Sequence record: NZ_CP054625.1
Length of the DNA stretch: 33,330 nucleotides
Direction: 5' to 3' (one strand)
From: a plasmid
Shown: piece by piece, positions 29,795-33,330 of the stretch
Position numbering within the stretch: the stretch's first letter is position 1
Layout of the letters: every line of letters begins with the position of its first letter
Program-made: the position numbers and the translations under genes
Notes under the pieces: model-generated
The model's database searches: none
Seen by the model: the letters and a program-made list of their open reading frames with translations, nothing else
What the model was told of the DNA's origin: nothing

Positions 29795-30729
29795 TCAGGC
29801 CCGGAAAACGTCCTCGATCACTTCCGCGCGCAGAAGCTGAATGCCCCAGCGCTCGAGTTCTTCAGAGGTTGCGATCTCGATCCGCTGCACAACGGACGTT
29901 TGCAGCGGGCCAAAGCGCTCGGCCAACTGCTTTTGCAGCATGCGGGCCTCGCCTTCTTGCCGAGCCTCCTCGCGGAGCTTGTGGGTGAAACGTTGTAGAT
30001 TGGCACCTACCACTTGCATGTCGACCTCCATCAATTGAAACACCTGATCGGGTGTCAGGACGCTGCCCCGTTGGCCGCACAGCAATGCCGCGAAGGTCTT
30101 GGCGAACGCCAGCTTGAGTTTCGGCTCATGCCGCAAGCGCGTCCTGCATTCGATCATCAGCGACACGACAGTATCGTAATCGGCTGCCCGCTCAATGCGA
30201 AACAGCAGCGCCGCTAGATTGTCATCGGGCAACTGCGCTTCGCTCAATCGGTTGATGTCCAGCAACGTATGTTGCTGGTGCAATTGACACGCTGCCAAGC
30301 CGTTGGGCAGCGACACAACGACATCGCGGATGTTCGTACATGCGCTCCATGGCGTATCGCCGTTATACAGGACGATCGACAGCGCCGCCGGCACCCTGCG
30401 ATCCGGCAACACCTGGCCCGCGCGAACAAGCTCCTGGTGCAGCAAAGCCGTATAGGCCGCCATGCGCGGCGCCATGTAGCGATCGATGGTGCTCTGGAAT
30501 TCGAGCAGCACGTACAGGTGGCCCCATGGATCGCCGGCATCGACACGCCACACCATGTCGCTGGCACGCTGCCGCATGTTGTCGGCGACGTAGTTGCCGG
30601 AAACCCGTTCCAGCGTCGAGTAGTCCAGCGCGCGAAGCCAGTCGCTGCGAATGAATTCGCGCAAGAGGTCGCGCATCATTTCCGGCATGGCGAACAACAG
30701 TTTGTAGCCGGCGTCGTAGTCCCTGGCCA
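29795..30729 (-). CDS. Rpn-family recombination-promoting nuclease / putative transposase (YhgA-like, PD-(D/E)XK)
   Basis: The ATG at 30729 gives MARDYDAGYKLLFAMPEMMRDLLREFI..., the canonical Rpn/YhgA N-terminus. The protein is 311 aa and carries the C-terminal DUF4351-like helix-rich tail. Confidence 0.85.
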
Positions 30730-30892
30730 TTGCTTCGTTCAGCGTTGTTGAGATGCCGCAAAGAATGCCTTTGCACGGGACCTCGTGCTGACGAAAAGAT
30801 GTGCCGTACTTTAGGTTGCAGACGGGATGGGGCGAGCCAGCTTCGCCACGGCGTGATCCGGCTTCCGGGCCCTGCAACGGAACGAGGCCCGC

Positions 30893-31831
30893 TCAACCGA
30901 CCAGATTCGCTTCCATCGCCGCCTTCAGATCGGCAATCAGGTCGCGCGTATCCTCCAGCCCGATATACAGCCGCACCAGTTCGCCAGCGTCCTGCCAGCC
31001 GGCGGGCGGCCAGCTGCCCGCCGGGCGCATCGTCGGCACGTGGTACGGCACGGCCAGGCTGTGCGCGCCGCCCCAGGACCAGCCGATCGAGAACAGTCGC
31101 AGCGCCTCGACGAAGGCATCGACCTGGGCGCGCGGATAGCGCGCGCGCAGCACTACCGCGAACAGGCCGCTCGCCCCGGAGAAATCGCGGCGCCAGAAAG
31201 CGTGGCCGGGACAGTCCGGCAGCGCCGGATGCAGGACCCGGGCAACCTCGGGCCGCTGCGCCAGCCACTCGGCGACCTCGCGGGCGGCGCGGTCGTGCGC
31301 GGCGAGCCGCACCGGCATGCTCGGCAGCGAGCGCAGCACCAGGTAGCAGTCGTCGGCCGACACGCCCCAGCCCATCAGCATGCGCACGCGCTTGATGCGC
31401 TGGTAGAGCTTGTCGTCGCGGCACAGCACCGCGCCCATCAGCACATCGCTGCCGCCGGACTGGTACTTCGTCAGCGCCTGCACGGACAGGTCGATGCCCT
31501 TGTCGAAGGGACGGAAATAGATGCCGGCCGACCAGGTGTTGTCGATCGCGGTCAGCACGCCGCGCGCCTTGGCGGCGGCGACGATGGCCTCGCTGTCCGG
31601 CACCTCCATCGTCACGGAGCCCGGGGCCTCCATCCAGATCAGCCGCGTATTGGGCCGGATCAGCTCGGCGATGCCGGCGCCGATCATCGGGTCGTAGGGT
31701 CGTACCGTGATGCCGAAATCGCGCGCCAGCCATTCGCCGTGCTCGCGATTGGGACCGTAGACGTTGTACGGCACCAGCACGTCGTCGCCGGCCTTCAGCA
31801 GCGCGAAATAGACCAGCGAGATCGCGCCGAG
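30893..31831 (-). CDS. metC: Cystathionine beta-lyase (MetC-like, Cys/Met-metabolism PLP enzyme), C-terminal about 310 aa only; the N-terminal roughly 95 aa are absent and it is fused in frame to an mnmC fragment
   Basis: Colinear with E. coli MetC from about residue 95 onward: ...[31 protein letters not shown]...[10 protein letters not shown] (PLP lysine)...[16 protein letters not shown]. Confidence 0.75.
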   Translation of the reverse strand, partial: LGAISLVYFALLKAGDDVLVPYNVYGPNREHGEWLARDFGITVRPYDPMIGAGIAELIRPNTRLIWMEAPGSVTMEVPDSEAIVAAAKARGVLTAIDNTWSAGIYFRPFDKGIDLSVQALTKYQSGGSDVLMGAVLCRDDKLYQRIKRVRMLMGWGVSADDCYLVLRSLPSMPVRLAAHDRAAREVAEWLAQRPEVARVLHPALPDCPGHAFWRRDFSGASGLFAVVLRARYPRAQVDAFVEALRLFSIGWSWGGAHSLAVPYHVPTMRPAGSWPPAGWQDAGELVRLYIGLEDTRDLIADLKAAMEANLVG

Positions 31832-32155
31832 GCCGGCGTGCAGCTCGGCCAGCCCCTCGCGTGTGAACGGATGCTTCTCGATCGAGACGAAATGCAGGCG
31901 CGCGCAGCGGCGCGGATCGTCGCGCCAGGCCTGCCACGTCGCCAGGAAATTGAGCCCCTGGCCAAAGCCCGTCTCGACGATGACGAACTGCTCCCGGCCC
32001 TGCCACGCCTGCGGCAGGCCATTGCCGCCGAGAAACACGTGCCGCGCCTGCGCCAGTCCGCCCTCGACGCTGTGATAGACGTCGTCATAGCGCGGCGAGT
32101 ACGGCGTCCCCTGGTCGGACAGGATCGGCTCGGCGGGATCGAGGGCGCGGGGCAT
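31832..32155 (-). CDS. mnmC: MnmC N-terminal methyltransferase-domain fragment (first about 110 residues of tRNA mnm5s2U bifunctional MnmC), fused in frame to the metC segment
   Basis: [47 protein letters not shown]...[17 protein letters not shown]...[22 protein letters not shown] matches the E. coli MnmC N-terminus (EGTPVSRDFDDVYFS...ESGFGTGLNFLTLWQAF...[20 protein letters not shown]). Confidence 0.7.
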
Positions 32156-32301
32156 CGGGAGAACAAAAACGGGGCGGAGGACTGCGGGGAAAGGCGTCTC
32201 GCGGCACGGCAAAACCGCCGCAGCATGCTGCATGACGGCGCTGGGCGCCGCGGAAGGTCGGCCGGATGGTAGCATGGCGCCCTGCTCCGCCCGCCCCTGC
32301 C

Positions 32302-33159
32302 ATGCTCAGCTATCGCCACGCCTTTCACGCCGGCAATCACGCCGACGTTCTCAAGCACGCCATCGTCGCCCACCTGCTCGATTACCTGACGCAGAAGGAC
32401 AAGCCGTTCTGGTATATCGACACGCATGCCGGCGCCGGCCTCTATGCGCTGGACGAAGGCTACGCGACCAGGAAGTCGGAGTTCGAGACCGGCATCGCGC
32501 CGCTGTGGCGCGCCGCCGCGGACGGCCGTGCGCTGCCGCCGCTGCTGCAGCAATACCTGGACCAGGTGCGCACGCTCAATCCCGACGGCCGCCTGCGGCA
32601 CTATCCCGGCTCGCCGTGGCTGGCCTGGCAGACGCTGCGCGAGGCGGACCGGCTGCGGCTGTTCGAATTGCACAGCACCGAGATCCAGGTGCTGCGCGAG
32701 AACTTCCGCGGCGCGGGCCGTCGCGTGATGCTGTATGACGGTGATGGTTTCGGCGGCATCAAGGCCATCCTGCCGCCCCCGCCGCGCCGCGCGCTGGTGC
32801 TGATCGATCCGTCTTACGAGGACAAGCAGGACTACGCGCGCACCTTGCAATGCCTGCGCGACGGGCTGCAGCGCTTTGCCACGGGGACCTATGCGGTCTG
32901 GTATCCGCAGGTGCAGCGGCGCGAGTCCGTGCAATTGCCGGTCCAGATGAAGGCGCTGCCGTTCAAGAGCTGGCTGCACGCGACGCTGACCGTCAAGCAC
33001 CCGGTGCCCGGCGGACTCGGCCTGCACGGCAGCGGCATGTTCGTCGCCAATCCGCCGTGGACCTTGCGCGCCGCGCTGGAGGCGGCGCTGCCGGCGCTGG
33101 TCGAACTGCTCGGCCAGGACGCCGGCGCCGCCTTCACGCTGGAAGGCGAACAGCCCTGA
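32302..33159 (+). CDS. rlmJ: 23S rRNA m6A2030 methyltransferase RlmJ
   Basis: [22 protein letters not shown]...[10 protein letters not shown]...FVANPPW is the RlmJ signature, colinear with E. coli RlmJ. Confidence 0.85.
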   Translation: MLSYRHAFHAGNHADVLKHAIVAHLLDYLTQKDKPFWYIDTHAGAGLYALDEGYATRKSEFETGIAPLWRAAADGRALPPLLQQYLDQVRTLNPDGRLRHYPGSPWLAWQTLREADRLRLFELHSTEIQVLRENFRGAGRRVMLYDGDGFGGIKAILPPPPRRALVLIDPSYEDKQDYARTLQCLRDGLQRFATGTYAVWYPQVQRRESVQLPVQMKALPFKSWLHATLTVKHPVPGGLGLHGSGMFVANPPWTLRAALEAALPALVELLGQDAGAAFTLEGEQP

Positions 33160-33199
33160 GCGCGGGACAGCGCTGCGTGCCGGCGCTGCGCCCGCCCCG

Positions 33200-33330
33200 C
33201 TACATCATGCGGCGGGTGAACTGCCCTCGCTCGGCGCCGGCCATCAGATCCAGGAACGCTTCCGTCGTCATATGGATCAGTTCCTCGTGGTCGCCCGCCT
33301 CGAAATAGACCTCGGGCTGGCCGAGCAGGC
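33200..33330 (-). CDS. C-terminal 42 codons plus stop of a YbaK/ProX-like deacylase, entering from beyond the window end and reading in frame into the ORF at the window start
   Basis: Minus-strand translation from 33328 gives LLGQPEVYFEAGDHEELIHMTTEAFLDLMAGAERGQFTRRMM*, which matches the YbaK C-terminus (compare ...[27 protein letters not shown]). It is absent from the ORF track because it is edge-truncated. Confidence 0.6.
   Translation of the reverse strand, partial: LLGQPEVYFEAGDHEELIHMTTEAFLDLMAGAERGQFTRRMM

Noticed and set aside
29795-30877. Longer 360-aa version of the Rpn ORF starting at 30877.
   Set aside because: The canonical Rpn N-terminus (MARDYDAGYKLLF...) begins at the internal ATG at 30729. 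The upstream 49 codons have no family resemblance and would give an atypically long protein.

Overview
This is a high-GC (roughly two-thirds G+C) chromosomal segment that looks Burkholderiaceae-like. It is densely packed with housekeeping genes on both strands and shows no prophage, integron, CRISPR or plasmid backbone. Every call below is a manual translation and pattern match; nothing was searched against a database.

Genes supported, in order:
- a YbaK/ProX-like aminoacyl-tRNA deacylase on the minus strand that runs off the window start
- a small signal-peptide repeat protein
- tRNA-Leu(TAG)
- a two-gene RND efflux operon (periplasmic adaptor plus AcrB-type permease) with no outer-membrane factor
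- the squalene genes hpnC, hpnD and hpnE, overlapped by an M20 Zn-amidase gene
- ompR and envZ
- a mycobacterial-type ahpC and ahpD pair
- a GNAT acetyltransferase
- ispF and ispD, divergent from mfd
- an argE-like deacetylase
- a secreted M20D amidohydrolase
- serB
- an iron-uptake operon (two small membrane proteins, a PepSY-TM protein and a TonB-dependent receptor) behind an AT-rich promoter with Fur-box-like motifs
- an orphan Rpn (YhgA-like) PD-(D/E)XK nuclease
- a chimeric ORF joining an MnmC N-terminal domain to a MetC C-terminal portion
- rlmJ
- the C-terminal codons of a second YbaK-like piece at the window end

The most unusual observations are structural. The YbaK-like reading frame at the window end joins in frame, at the homologous alignment position, to the YbaK-like frame at the window start. 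The mnmC::metC chimera has an abrupt homology switch near 31825-31845. Read together, these suggest the window is a circularly permuted linear segment whose original ends cut mnmC and metC (original order window 31832-33330 followed by 1-31831).

Three apparent frameshifts cluster in the first 1.5 kb: the ybaK N-terminus, the small repeat protein, and the last transmembrane helix of the RND permease. Short tandem-repeat arrays follow two stop codons, and a pair of REP-like palindromes lies between serB and the iron-uptake promoter. No clearly novel multi-gene system was found.
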